Positions 24,501 through 35,848 of a DNA stretch of 64,000 bases are shown piece after piece; within the stretch, counting starts at the first letter, position 1, and every line of letters begins with the position of its first letter. A program made the translations under genes and the position numbers. Location: positions 14,880,142 to 14,944,141 of the forward strand of contig CAJINV010000001.1 in NCBI GenBank assembly GCA_905178155.1, written 5' to 3'. The DNA is from Amoebophrya sp. A120 (Eukaryota > Protista > Dinoflagellata). A model generated the notes under the pieces. That model had not been told where the DNA came from and made no database searches. It saw only the letters and a list, made by a program, of their open reading frames with translations.

Positions 24501-26310
24501 ACGCCAGCCTTCTTCAAGAGATCCTTCAAATTCACGACCCGGAGACGCAGTTCCTCCAGCGCCACCTGCAGCTGCTGCACCTCCTCCGTCTTCGCAGCGA
24601 GGTCTTTCGATTCCGTCTCCTTCTTCTGTTCCGACTTTGCGATCTTCGCGTCTCGCTGCCGCAGTTGCTCCTCGAGGTCTTTGATCCGCGCGTGCGACTG
24701 CACTGGGTCTGTGATGGCGCTGGGACTGAGGTCACCCTGCGCCGCCGCGCCCGCGCCGCCTCTTTTTCCCGCGCCCCCGGCGGCCGCCGCTTGCTCGGCG
24801 GCAGCGGCCTGTCTTGACGCGTCCGCGGCGGACTTCTTCGCGGCCGCTACCTCTTCTGCCGCGTGCAGTTTCATCGCCGCTTTCTCCTCTTCCGCCCGGT
24901 TTAGCTGTCGTTTCATCTTCTCCAATTCCAACTTCATCTCGTTCATGGTTGGCTCGCCAGCTTTCCCGCCTGCCGCACCACCGGCCTTTCCGCCTGCCTC
25001 CACGGCCGCTTTCATAGACACGTTCTCCTCCTGCGTTTCTTGGAGCTGCCGCTTGAGCATTGCCAGTTCGTCCGCCATCTGCTCGGCTTTCATGGCGGCC
25101 GCCTGTTCCGCCCGCGCGGACTGCGCGCTACTTCTCCCGCGCGCGCCGCCTTCCGCGACCTCGGCCTCGGAGACTTGCAGCTTCTGCTGCGTGTCTTTCA
25201 GGTCTCTTCGCATCTTATCAATCTCCTCCCGCAGATCGTTCGCGACTTCCTTGGCCTGATCCCGCTGGTCCTTTGCCTTCTGCAGCTGCTGCATCAGCTC
25301 TTTGATGTCGGCCTGCTGGCTGGCGAAGTTTTGCTCTTCGTGCTCCGCGTGGAATTGGGCCCTGTTGGAATTATTTCAAAAAAAATGGCTCCAGTACACT
25401 GGAGGAGGCTTTCCTTTCGTGTTCCGAGCAGCTGCAAAGACGCCCGCCCATCTCCATCATGCACTTTTTTATCAGAAAGATCAGAACTTCCAAACGTATT
25501 TTCATTCAGTTTCTGTCCCAACAAAAATGAAAATCAGTACCTCATTTTTTCCTTTTGTTTTGCGCTCGCCTCCTCTTGCAATTGCAGTTGCTCCTGCACT
25601 AGTGCGTTCACAAGCTCCTTGATATCCGGATTCAGGTCCTCCTGACTTTCGTAGTACATCGGCACTTCGCTTGCGTTCGCCACGGGGTCGCCGTCGTATT
25701 TTGTTTTCTTCAACGCCTCTCTTAACGCCATAGTTTCCTTCAGAAACCCTTTCCTTTGCTTGATCTCCACCTCCTCTAAATGCTTCCGCTTCGCCTCGAA
25801 ATCCGCAATAGCCGCCTGCAATTGCGCCCCGTTGTCCGCTAATTTCGCGTCGCACTCTTTTTTCACCTTGTCGGAGAGCATTTTTCCCTGAAAGTACCGG
25901 CTGATCACGTCCAGGATGTATTCGCAGAGGAACTTACTGCACTCGTCGAAGCACTTGCTCAGCTGCATGTCCAGCTCAAACTGAAACCTCCTGCCGAGCA
26001 GGTTGTGAAAATCGTGCTCGGACACCCGCGACATTAGGTCCCGGATTTTCAGTAAATTCTTCTGACTGAGCAGCCGGTAATACTCGTATTCTTCGGATAC
26101 CGGCATCTGCAAGTCCGAGGGGGGCTCGTCCGGGATTTCCATCTGCGTGGGGTACACGAGCTCCAGCGTCGCGTCAAAGTCCCGGAGGTCCCAGGGATCC
26201 CACGGCGTCGCTCGCAAGTGCCCACTGGCATCCTTCTTCTTCGGGATGACCTGGATCTGCGTGGGCGGCGCTGGCCCAGAGGAGCTATGGTCCTTAGCCA
26301 CGGATGGCAT
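21600..26310 (-). CDS. Large coiled-coil / low-complexity protein (multi-exon; 3' end uncertain)
   Basis: ORFs 25534..26325, 23846..25294, 23704..24021, 22986..23660, 22581..22877 and 21863..22417 are linked by GT-AG introns. E/K/Q heptad-rich middle and SP-rich tail. ATG at 26310. Confidence 0.7.
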
Positions 26311-26333
26311 TGTTTCGGCGTCCACTCACTTAC

Positions 26334-26562
26334 TGTCAGTACGCTCGATGTTCCACCCGATCCAGATCCTCGCGTCTTTGTGTCTCGTCTTCATAAGCTC
26401 GTCGTGAGCAAGATCACGACTTGAACCCTTTGAACACTTTGGTACGACTTTACAGACTCGAGGCAGTGAACTCAGTCACTGGACCGATTTGAGAACTTTC
26501 AGAACCTTCAACCTTGACGTGGTTCCTCTCTCCTTTCGTTCTCACGTGTTCAGGCTCTAACA
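26334..26562 (+). repeat. 5' LTR
   Basis: TGTCAGTACG...GGCTCTAACA, a direct repeat of 32303..32531. Confidence 0.97.
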
Positions 26563-26564
26563 TT

Positions 26565-26574
26565 CTGCCTAGAG
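26565..26574 (+). other. Putative primer-binding site, self-complementary to the LTR (not TGG-type)
   Basis: CTGCCTAGAG starts 2 nt after the LTR. It is the reverse complement of CTCTAGGCAG at 32426-32435 (CTCGAGGCAG at 26457-26466 in the 5' LTR). Confidence 0.6.
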
Positions 26575-26711
26575 CTTGACGCAGAAACATTTTTTTTTTC
26601 CCTTCTTTTCCATTTTGCGTTGGTGATTGGCCGCGGGCAATCCTCAAGACAAACAACTACCACGTCCCGACCACCCACAGAGCGGGACTTCAACAGCACA
26701 AATTTGACAAC

Positions 26712-27861
26712 ATGGCGAATTCGGGCGCGAAGGTCGAGCTCGTGCCGATCCACAAGAAGGCCGAGTGGGAGACTTTTGAATGGCGTTTGCGCAGCAACAT
26801 CATCAACGTCGTCAAGGTCCCCGCCCAATGGGCTGCCTTTATGGCAGACGACAACTTGGTGGATTTTCAGCCCGCTTTGACCGCCCGCCAACAAGCCAGG
26901 CTGGGACAATTTGGAGTCCGCTTTTACCGCCGCAATCCAGGGTGACGCGCTTCTCTTGGTCCAGGGTGCCCAACGAACTGGCGCTCTGCAAGTTTTCCGC
27001 TTTTTGAAGCGTCAGTGGGGCCAGGAGAACAACCAGATCGACCAAGCTGCTATGTTCGCGAAGTTCACCACGGAAAAATTTACTTTGGGCGGTAAGGACA
27101 CCCCGGACTTCACGTTGTGGATTTGGGACAAGTACAGTTTGGCTTTGAAAATTCCCAACTACATCCCGGTCGGTGCCCAGCTGGAACACCACATGCGCCA
27201 CATCTTGCGACACCTTTTGGACCCGGACTGCATGGGCAAGATCATGTCCGAACTGCGTGCCACCCCGGACGCCCAGTTGCACTGGGAGAATGTCGGAATT
27301 CCCCGCGTGTTGGACTTTATCTCCTCCGGACAGGCATCCCAAGAGAAGGAGGTCCAGGCCCGTGTCAACATGGCCTTGGGGAACAACAACAACAACAACA
27401 ATGCCTACGACGGCAACCACAACAACATTTTCCCGGGGATGGACAATCAGCAGGCTTTTGGCACGTTGTGCCAGGGTCAGCAGGTGATGATGAGCATGAT
27501 GGCGCAGAGTATCCAGATGCAAAACCAAATGCAGAACATGAATAACGGTGGTGCCAACGCTTCCGCGTTTTTCGGTGGTCATCAGCTGTTTAGCGCCGCG
27601 GATGGCAAGCCCATCAAGCCCGGAAACATGTGGTGTGCCAACTGCCGCGCCAACACCAACCACGACACCAGCCACTGCTTTCACAAGAAAAAGAACCCCC
27701 AGAACAACAACCACCAGAACAACCACCAGGGTGGTGGTGGCGGCAAGGGCGGTGGCAAAGGTGGTGGTAAGAAGGGCGGTGGTAACGGCAAGGGCAACAA
27801 TAAGGGCGTGCAGAAGGCCGGCGGCAAGCACGGCAAGAAAGGTGGTGTGAAGAAGCGCTGA
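26712..27861 (+). CDS. gag: Gag (one +1 frameshift near 26881-26910)
   Basis: The ATG ORF at 26712 overlaps ORF 26911..27861 in the +1 frame. Zinc knuckle CANCRANTNHDTSHC (CX2CX5HX4C) and a basic GGK-rich tail. Confidence 0.85.
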
Positions 27862-30800
27862 TCACCATCTTGCTTTTACCACGACCCGGATTGCCATCGA
27901 TGTTTCGATGCTGATGAAGCAGAGTCGATTGTTGATTTGAATCAAATGGATGTTTTGAATTTGTATGACGACAAGTTTGCTGTTGAAAACGAGAAGCACG
28001 ATTCGAGCTTGTTTGCAAGTTCATCGTGCACGAACAAGAACGACCAAGAATCATCTTTCGATGATGACGAGAACTACTACTTCTTTGCGAATAATGAAGT
28101 AGTTCCGAACGACGACACAAAGACACGATGTGAAATTGATCACAAGATGCCAACTTTCGACGTGAAAATCAATTCTACAATCTTTTCAGAAATTTTCGCG
28201 CAGGGGCCAGATCTTGAAAAGAAGCCGCGATTAGCGCGCGACGTTTTGGACTCAGGCACGACGCACGTTGTGTCTGCAGTCGCGTCCGATTTTGTCTCCT
28301 TTAGGGCCAACCCGGTTAGGATAAACGGAGTTGGTGGAGAGGTAAAAGCGAAAGACCCGCCTCGTGTAGGTCGGCTACGTTCCAATGCCTTTGGCTACAA
28401 TGTTGGAATTTTTCACAAAGCGCTTCCAGTGCGTAGGTTGCTGCCGACGACTGACCTCAACAGCCAAGGTTGGGCAGTCCATCTAGATGAGCCAGGGAAG
28501 CCATCTACGATTTCTTCGAGGTTTTCAAAGGTCGTTTTTCCGATACAAAATTCCCCACCCGAACTGCCCTGGATTCCAGATGGGATACTTTTTGGAGGCA
28601 AAGGGGAACAGGTTAAGTATCGCGAACTCGCTGAGAGTCTTTCTTGGGATGAATTAAATCAGGCATCAGGGTCTGTCAGCAGTTCGCTAGTGCGATCGAC
28701 AAACTGCTTTTCCGACAGTACAAAAATGCGCCGCGTTGACAACGATTCAGATTTAGAGTGCGTCTTGGCCGACCGCGTAGAGGATTTTGAGCATTTATGC
28801 TACCTGTCCAAGCTTGACCGGCATCGTCGCCGTGGGCACATTTGGGTGCCAGGGGAAGATATCTTCTGCCCGGAATGCGCTCTCGCAAAGGGTCGCAGGA
28901 AGGGTTGTAGAAAAGAACGACCACAGAAGTATATCGATCCAGCCCCTTTGAAGCAACTTGATGCGGACTTTTGGGGGCCAGTTAAGCCCGTCAGTGTTGC
29001 CGGGAATGCATGGCTTTTGGTTTTCATTTGCCCCAATGTTGGCCGTGTTTTCGAATTCCCTCTGGTTCACAAAAATCAAGCCTACGCAGTCGCAAAGGAT
29101 CTCATTTTGAAGCTGCGAGCTTCAGAGAGTGTCGCAACTAACGAAAAAGTTGCTTGGTACATTCGCAGTGACAATGATCCCGCATTCAGGGCACAGAAGT
29201 GGGAATCAACTCTCCAAGACCTCGCCGTTTTCTGGGAGCACTCTGTCCCATACACACCACAGCAAAATGGTGTGTGCGAGCGCTTTATGGGTACACTGGG
29301 TCCCGGTCTAAGGGCTATTTTGGTAGGTGTTGACTTAAGGCTTTGGGACTATGCCGCGAGTTATTTTGTTTACACCTGGAACAGGATTCAAAGAAAAACC
29401 TACAAGCGAGCACCTCAGTACAATGGAATGTCCCCCATTGAGGCTTGCGCAGCAAGAAAGTCACTGAAAGCTGACCGAAAAGTTTCTCGCTTAGAACCTC
29501 AAGAGCCCGACGAGATGAAAACGACATCTGATTTTGACTCCAAGATGCGCCGCTTCGGCTGTTTGGCGTATTTCTTGAAGCAACCAGTAGAAGAGGTCAA
29601 GAAACTTGTAGCGAAGTACGTGAAAGGAGTCTTTCTGGGATACTGTGAAAACTCATCATGCTACCTGGTAGGCAGTTACGTCGCAGACGATAGATACACA
29701 AAGAAAGGAGACACCAGGTGGGCAGTGTACGAAACTCGCAATGTGAAATTTGTGGAGTCAGTTTTGATAGACAATATCGACTCGCTACGCCCAGGGTACT
29801 CCGGTGGTGTTGTCGTTTCAGACGACCAGATCTTGCGGGCGATCAGTGGTCCGAAGGATACAAGCCAGGTGGTCAATTCTGCGCAGGATAGTGCTCCTGT
29901 GCCTTCCCATCTGGGTGGTTCTATTGCTTCAGGATCTGGGGGGGGTGTCAAAGCTCCTCTACCACTTTTGGATGTCGAAAACAAAAGTTCTTCGCAAAAG
30001 AACATTTCCGACGCCGTTGACTCTCCTGTTGATCTTTTGCCCGAGCTACCTGTTGATGTAGATATGAAAAATGCCAGTGAGGACAGTTTGCATGATGACC
30101 CTGCTCCCGCCCCTGCCCCGCCCGAACCTGCTAAAGAGCACCTTCCCGACGTCGTGTACGGTCGGAACAAGAAGCAGGAGCCAGTGCAGTGGCGAAAACG
30201 GGGACGACCAAAGGGGTCGAAGGACAACAAACAGCGTGTCCGCCACACAAAAGCCCAAATCGCAGCAGATGAAGAAGGCGAAGCATTTTTCTCCGAGATG
30301 GCTGATAGCATCGAGGATTGCTTCTTTGCCCAGTCTCTGTATCATGATTTTGATGAAGGCGAAATCGTTTCCGATGTCTTTGTGCAATTTGCCCAAAAGG
30401 CTGTTTTGAATTCGCCCGAAGGACCCCACTGGCTGGAAGCTGCAAACCAAGAAAATTGCAAGCTGAAGGCTTTTGAAACGTGGAGGAAACCAACCGACGA
30501 AGAGATGGAGCGCGCCAAGAAAACGGGCGCTATTCCGATTGCCCTTGTATTTTCCAAAAAGAGGTGTGGAAAATACAAGTGCCGAGCTGTGGTTCTCGGA
30601 AATTTGTATAAGCCTGGCTCCGATCTCGAAGCTTATGCGCCCGTAATCAGCTTTGGAGCCTCGCGCTACCTGCTGACCGAAGCCGCTTCCAACGGTGATG
30701 CCATTTGCCTTTTTGACATTGACAACGCATTTGTCCAGTCTTTGATCGATTCGGAAATTTTTGTCCGACTTCCGCCCCTATGGCGTGCAGAAAACGATGA

Positions 30801-32110
30801 TGGGATAAGGAAATTAGTGCGCGCTTTGTATGGTCTGCCACAGTCCCCGAGGCTGTGGGCGAAGCACTATGAAAAGAAACTCATCGAACTTGGCTGGGAA
30901 CAATCATCCGAGAAAGGTCTTTGGCGGAAGCTTTCAGGTGTTTTTGAAGGAAAATTTTTGAAGTTGGGCGTTTATGTAGATGACAACACCGCTACCGGCC
31001 CCGACCAGGATGAGCTTAGGCATGAAGTAGATATAGTTTTGAAGGCGTTTCCGGGCAAAATCATCGAGCCCGAGGTGCGTAAGAATGGCGATCTTTTCTA
31101 TGATCAGCTTGGTGCGGATGTCCTTTACAACCGAAAGCGCAGGACTTTGAAAGTTTGCATGAGAAGCTACATCGAGAAGAAACTTGCGCCCAAGTTTAAC
31201 ATGGTGGGTTGCAAGAAGGTGGACAGCCCGTGTTTTGTAGAATCCGACTTGCATGATGAAACTTCCCCGGAATGCAAATTTCCTTTGCGGGAGTGTGTTG
31301 GTGCTTTACAGTGGTGCGTGACCATTTGCAGAGCTGACGTGGCCCAGCCCGTCAACTGCATTGCCAAAGTCGCGTCTAAGCCATGCACTAAGAAGGTTGC
31401 CCAGTGCGTGAAGAAAGTGCTTCGGTATTTGATCCACACTCCTGACGTTGGTCTGGAGTATTCCCCAGAGAACGAGAAAAAGTTTCAGGAGATTTCTGGG
31501 TCTTTGCTTGAAAAGGGTAAAAAGATTAAAGATTGGAACCTTTTCACTGACGCAAGTTTTGCCTCTTGCTTTGTCACTTTGAAATCCACTTCAGGCGCTA
31601 TTTTGTATTACAAAGGAGTTCCGATCATGTGGAAAACAGCACGACAAACAGTGCGCGCCGACTCAACTTTTGCTGCTGAGTTCGTCGCTGGTTCTGATGG
31701 ATTGATCATGTCAGAGACTTGCACTTTCAAGGGCTTCTTCGAAAACCGCGAGCCGGAAGAAGACCTTTGGATCGACAACCAGACCGCCACCAAGGTCGCG
31801 AAGACGCCAGGCGACGCACAGCGCCCACGCAGCCGCCACGTTGCTCTTCGCTACCACAAAGTTGCCGATGAATCAATGTGATCGCATTAACTACTGTCCC
31901 ACTGAGCACATGAAGGCTGACTGTCTCACAAAGAACAGTCTTCCGCGCGAAGTTAGAGACCATGTCTTTCACCACAATCCCAACATGGTCAACAAGAGAA
32001 AACTTTTGAAACAGGCAAAGCAGGAAGAAGCAGAGGAAGCAGACTGCTGCTTCGCTCTTGTTGGCGTTCCCGTTCTTCTTTTCGATGCTGAAGAACTTTG
32101 GGAAATGTAG
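27862..32110 (+). CDS. pol: Pol polyprotein (protease, integrase, RT, RNase H) with a frameshift near 31871-31878
   Basis: Protease: VLDSGTTHVV. Integrase: HRRRGH..CPEC, DADFWGP, IRSDND, QQNGVCER. RT: DIDNAFVQ, ALYGLPQSPRLW, YVDD. RNase H: FTDASFA, WIDNQ, RHVALRYH. The terminal YCPTEHMKADCLTK motif lies in the next frame (31841..32110). Confidence 0.95.
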
Positions 32111-32291
32111 ACGCTTTTCGAGGATTTTTGAAACCTCTTGAGCTTTTCTATGCCGTAGCCCTGGTCGCATCCTGTCTTTGGGGATAATTTGTGATCTATC
32201 CTGATCCCGACCTATTTAAGGTCCGGGGGGGGTAGTGATTTTTGCTTGTTTAAGCTTTTGCGACTTGAAATTTTGAAAACGGCTTGCTCTT

Positions 32292-32302
32292 GGGGGGGGG
32301 AA
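32292..32302 (+). other. Polypurine tract
   Basis: G9-AA immediately before the 3' LTR. Confidence 0.85.
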
Positions 32303-32531
32303 TGTCAGTACGCTCGATGTTCCACCCGATCCAGATCCTCGCGTCTTTGTGTCTCGTCTTCATAAGCTCGTCGTGAGCAAGATCACGACTTGAACCCTTT
32401 GAACACTTTGGTACGACTTTACAGACTCTAGGCAGTGAACTCAGTCATTGGACCGATTTGAGAACTTTCAGAACCTTCAACCTTGACGTGGTTCCTCTCT
32501 CCTTTCGTTCTCACGTGTTCAGGCTCTAACA
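32303..32531 (+). repeat. 3' LTR
   Basis: Direct repeat of 26334..26562, followed by the TSD CTTAC. Confidence 0.97.
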
Positions 32532-33458
32532 CTTACGCTTACAGCTCTTGATGTGGGTCTACGTGTTCTTTCCGGCGGCGGCTCGACTTAGCGCCAGGCG
32601 ATTGACGGTTCGGACAACGTCATGCTCATGCCAAATGTTGAGAGAAGATTTTCATTCATTTGATTTCTTGTGCTAATTGTTAATTCGATTTCGAATTCCT
32701 TTTCCTCCGGTCTGCTAGGAAAATAGGCACGAAAACGCGAAACAGAAGAACCAGCAGACCGCTCATGCTCGACGTGCTCCAGAAATTCAAGTCTCACTCA
32801 GTAGACAAGCGCCTTCGAGACAGGACAACGATCATGATGAGACGAAGGCGACCAGATCAGAGCAGTGCCGTTGTAGCACCGCCAGCGCATCCAGAGCGGG
32901 AGGGGCAATCACGATGAGAACGAGAAGCGCTCTTTTGAGTTACTTATTTTGACGAAGTAATATATCAATATCCAACTTGTATGCTACAGGTCAACAAGTA
33001 GTCACCATTCATGCCACGACGAAGACGAAATTTTAGCCACGCATATCAGGCTGATGCCTTCATGGCTGTGAGTGCACCTCCTTTCCGTAATCTATCTGAC
33101 AATAACTGGATGATTATGATTCATTTGTCGCTATGAAGATTTCTTTTGATACACCCTGATTTTTGCTGTAACTAGAAGAACGAGAGCGAATCGTCTCGTA
33201 GAGAGACTTAAACGAAAAAGCAAATCAAAACGAATTTATGAAAAAGAAAACAACCTACCTGGAGTTTTGTTCGCACTTAGAAGATGGATCGATGCTGGTA
33301 AAAACATTGACAGAAAAAGAGCTTGTCCTGCTCCCTCTTGTTTGAATAATGAAAGACTAAAAAGAAACACTGGCTCGAGTACATCAAGCATCCATCGGAA
33401 AGCTACACAGACCGTACTCCTTTCAACAAAGAAACGCGATCTCAGAACGAAACATGAT

Positions 33459-35779
33459 TCACTGCACCGCACACTCCTGCACAGATTTTTTTCCGCCCGG
33501 TAGCGGCGTCTCCTCTTCCCATCGCTTCTTCGCGAACTCATGCCACTGCTCCGCGTCTCGCCGGGTTGACGCCGGCAGCGTGCCGAGTTGGAGTGCTCGC
33601 TCGAAGGACTTCATGGCCGCCTTAGAACGCTGCTGCATTCCAGAAAGGAGGAGCAAGGCCTGTCCGCGCTTATGGAAGCTCTTCGCATTCATCGGGTCCA
33701 GACTGTAAGAGACCACTGCGTCACGGTTCGCACGGAGGGCGAAGTACCTGTTGAAAGAAAAATGCGAAACGATTTAAACGTCGATGGACGTCGAATATTA
33801 CACTGCATCAGGATCAGCTTGCACATCCCATTGGAAAAGTCCAAAAGAAATCATGCCTGCGCATCTTTTACCTGACGTCTGGATCGATATCATCAGCAGA
33901 CAACGGCTTTCCCGCCTGGGCCTCTTTAGCGAGCATTAGATAGCACTGACACCGATTGCCGTACAGAATGCCCAAAATGGACTTCGAATGGTAATCGCGC
34001 GGACAATTTTCGTAGAACCTGTTTTCAAATTTACACAATAAGCTGGATCAGCATAGACATCTGCAATCATCCTTACCCGTATCTAGTGTTTTCGTATCTG
34101 CAGCACCACAAAAAACACGCTCGCATCGTCAGCAATGGGTTTAACAAAAGTCTCTAAAGAACGTACTGCGCGACTACCTGGCTTCAAACATAAGGATGGC
34201 TTTCGTGAAGTATTCCGCGGAAGTCTCGTATTCCCGTTCGAGGTACAGCCGGTTCCCTACGTTCTTTAATTCCTCTATCGCAAGCCGTTCCGTGGGGAGA
34301 TCGTCGCTGAACAGAACCATCATCTTCTTGAACTTCTTGCGCGATCGGTCCTGCAGCATCGCGCTGTCGGGAAGATGATTGGCGCCTGGTATAAATAAAG
34401 GTCCGAGCGAATGAACGATTTCATGCACTTCGCACTTGTTTGGTTTCTCAACGCCATCCATTTTTTCTCTCGCTCCATACGAAGCAGAGTCAGAAACAAG
34501 AAAGAGAAAAGCGCATATGCACATCACCGAAAAGTAAAAATTTACCAGTCTCGCCGTCTTCGGCCTGTAGGAGAAGCGTCTTGGGCGGGTACGGCGAGGC
34601 CGTTACCGTTTTGGGAGTGAGCAGCTGCTGCAGTTGCCCCGAGCCGGATTGGCGCGTGGACGGTTTGCGTCCAAAATTGTCCGGAACTCCTGACCGCACG
34701 TTTCTCTCTTGTTCGAGCTGCTGTGTCACCGCAGCTCGATCGTCCACGGGGCTCGTTGCGGCGTCAACCAATGATGGGGTCCCCGCAGCCCGCCTCTCCT
34801 GGTCATTACCCAGGCTTCTGCCGTCTGCGATGTTGGTTACCCGGGTCGACTTCGAACCCGATCCGGTTGACAGTGACAACTTCTGCTGCACTACAACGGA
34901 CTGCACCACGTCCCGCAGCAGAAGTTCCAGGTGCGTGTTGTTACTGGAAACTCGGTCTTCGATATCCTGCTGCATTTGCTGACTGTGCTCCCGCAGCTGC
35001 TCCACTAGCGCCGAACCCGCCTCGCGCTGCCAATATTGCTGCAGGGCAGCTAATCGCTCCTCCTGGTCGGCCAGCTTTTCGTGCAGACTCAGCTCCGCGC
35101 GCTGCTGGAACTCTTGCATTGCGACCAGCGTCTGCTCCAGTTGTGCCAGCGCCGTCATCTCCGCAGACTGAATCTGCCGCGTCATGCTTCGTTGCACCTG
35201 CGCCGCGGTGGGAACCGCGACGGGCACGGCAAACGAGGTGGTCGGAAGTATGCGCGAGGGCGAGGTTTGCTGCGACGCCAGCGGGAACATCACGGACGGC
35301 GTCGTCATCATGGGCTGTGGCGCGGTTAGCGTGCCCCCGGTGTTGGCCCGCGACGGCGCCTGACCGGGGTACGAGATGTCTTGTGTGCGCACCGACCCGT
35401 TTGCCACCGTGGCTGCAGCCGCACGAAGTGGAGAAACTTGATGTTGTTGTTCTGGGATGTAGTGTTCGGGTCCCAAGCCTTCTGCCGGCGCTGCACCTAC
35501 GAACGGGTCCGACGCCCAGAACCTCGTGGACGAGCCGCTTCTCCTCTCTTGCTGTGCCTGCGAGCCGCGCACGCTTGGGACGCGCGAGGGAAGATTTTGT
35601 TGTGTCGCGAAACCACGATCGCCCGGGCTTCTGTTGGAAAAGGACATTGTGCTGCGGGGTCCGCTGGGCGACGTGGTCGTCCGCGAGTCTGGCTGGAAGG
35701 AGTTGGAAGAACTGGACATCTGTTGTGTGGTCTTCCGGCGATCGCTTTTTCTCAGGCCGAGAAAAGCGGCAAGATTCAT
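33459..35779 (-). CDS. Coiled-coil plus TPR-domain protein ending in a CaaX motif (CAVQ)
   Basis: Four exons with GT-AG introns. TPR motifs EELKNVGNRLY, ILYGNRCQCY, LDPMNAKSFHKRGQA. Paralogous to about 46170-46750. Confidence 0.85.
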
Positions 35780-35848
35780 GTATGGCCTTGTCAACCGGGC
35801 GCGGGGTCAATTTTGGAGCACCCAGGTGAAGAGTCATTTTCGGAGCAC

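Larger units (their letters stand above)
26334..32531 (+). mobile_element. Full-length Ty1/copia LTR retrotransposon
   Basis: Two 229-bp TG...CA LTRs with 2 mismatches, a 5-bp TSD CTTAC (26329-26333 and 32532-32536), a polypurine tract, gag, and pol in PR-IN-RT-RH order. Confidence 0.98.

Noticed and set aside
26608-26650. Spliced-leader relic (CCATTTTG...CTCAAG) in the retrotransposon leader
   Set aside because: The two short matches are separated by about 25 nt and sit beside a pyrimidine tract, which is too weak to call.
26839-27831. 330-aa hydrophobic antisense ORF in gag as an env-like gene
   Set aside because: Its Val/Leu/His richness is the reverse complement of the AAC/CAG/GGT-rich gag codons.
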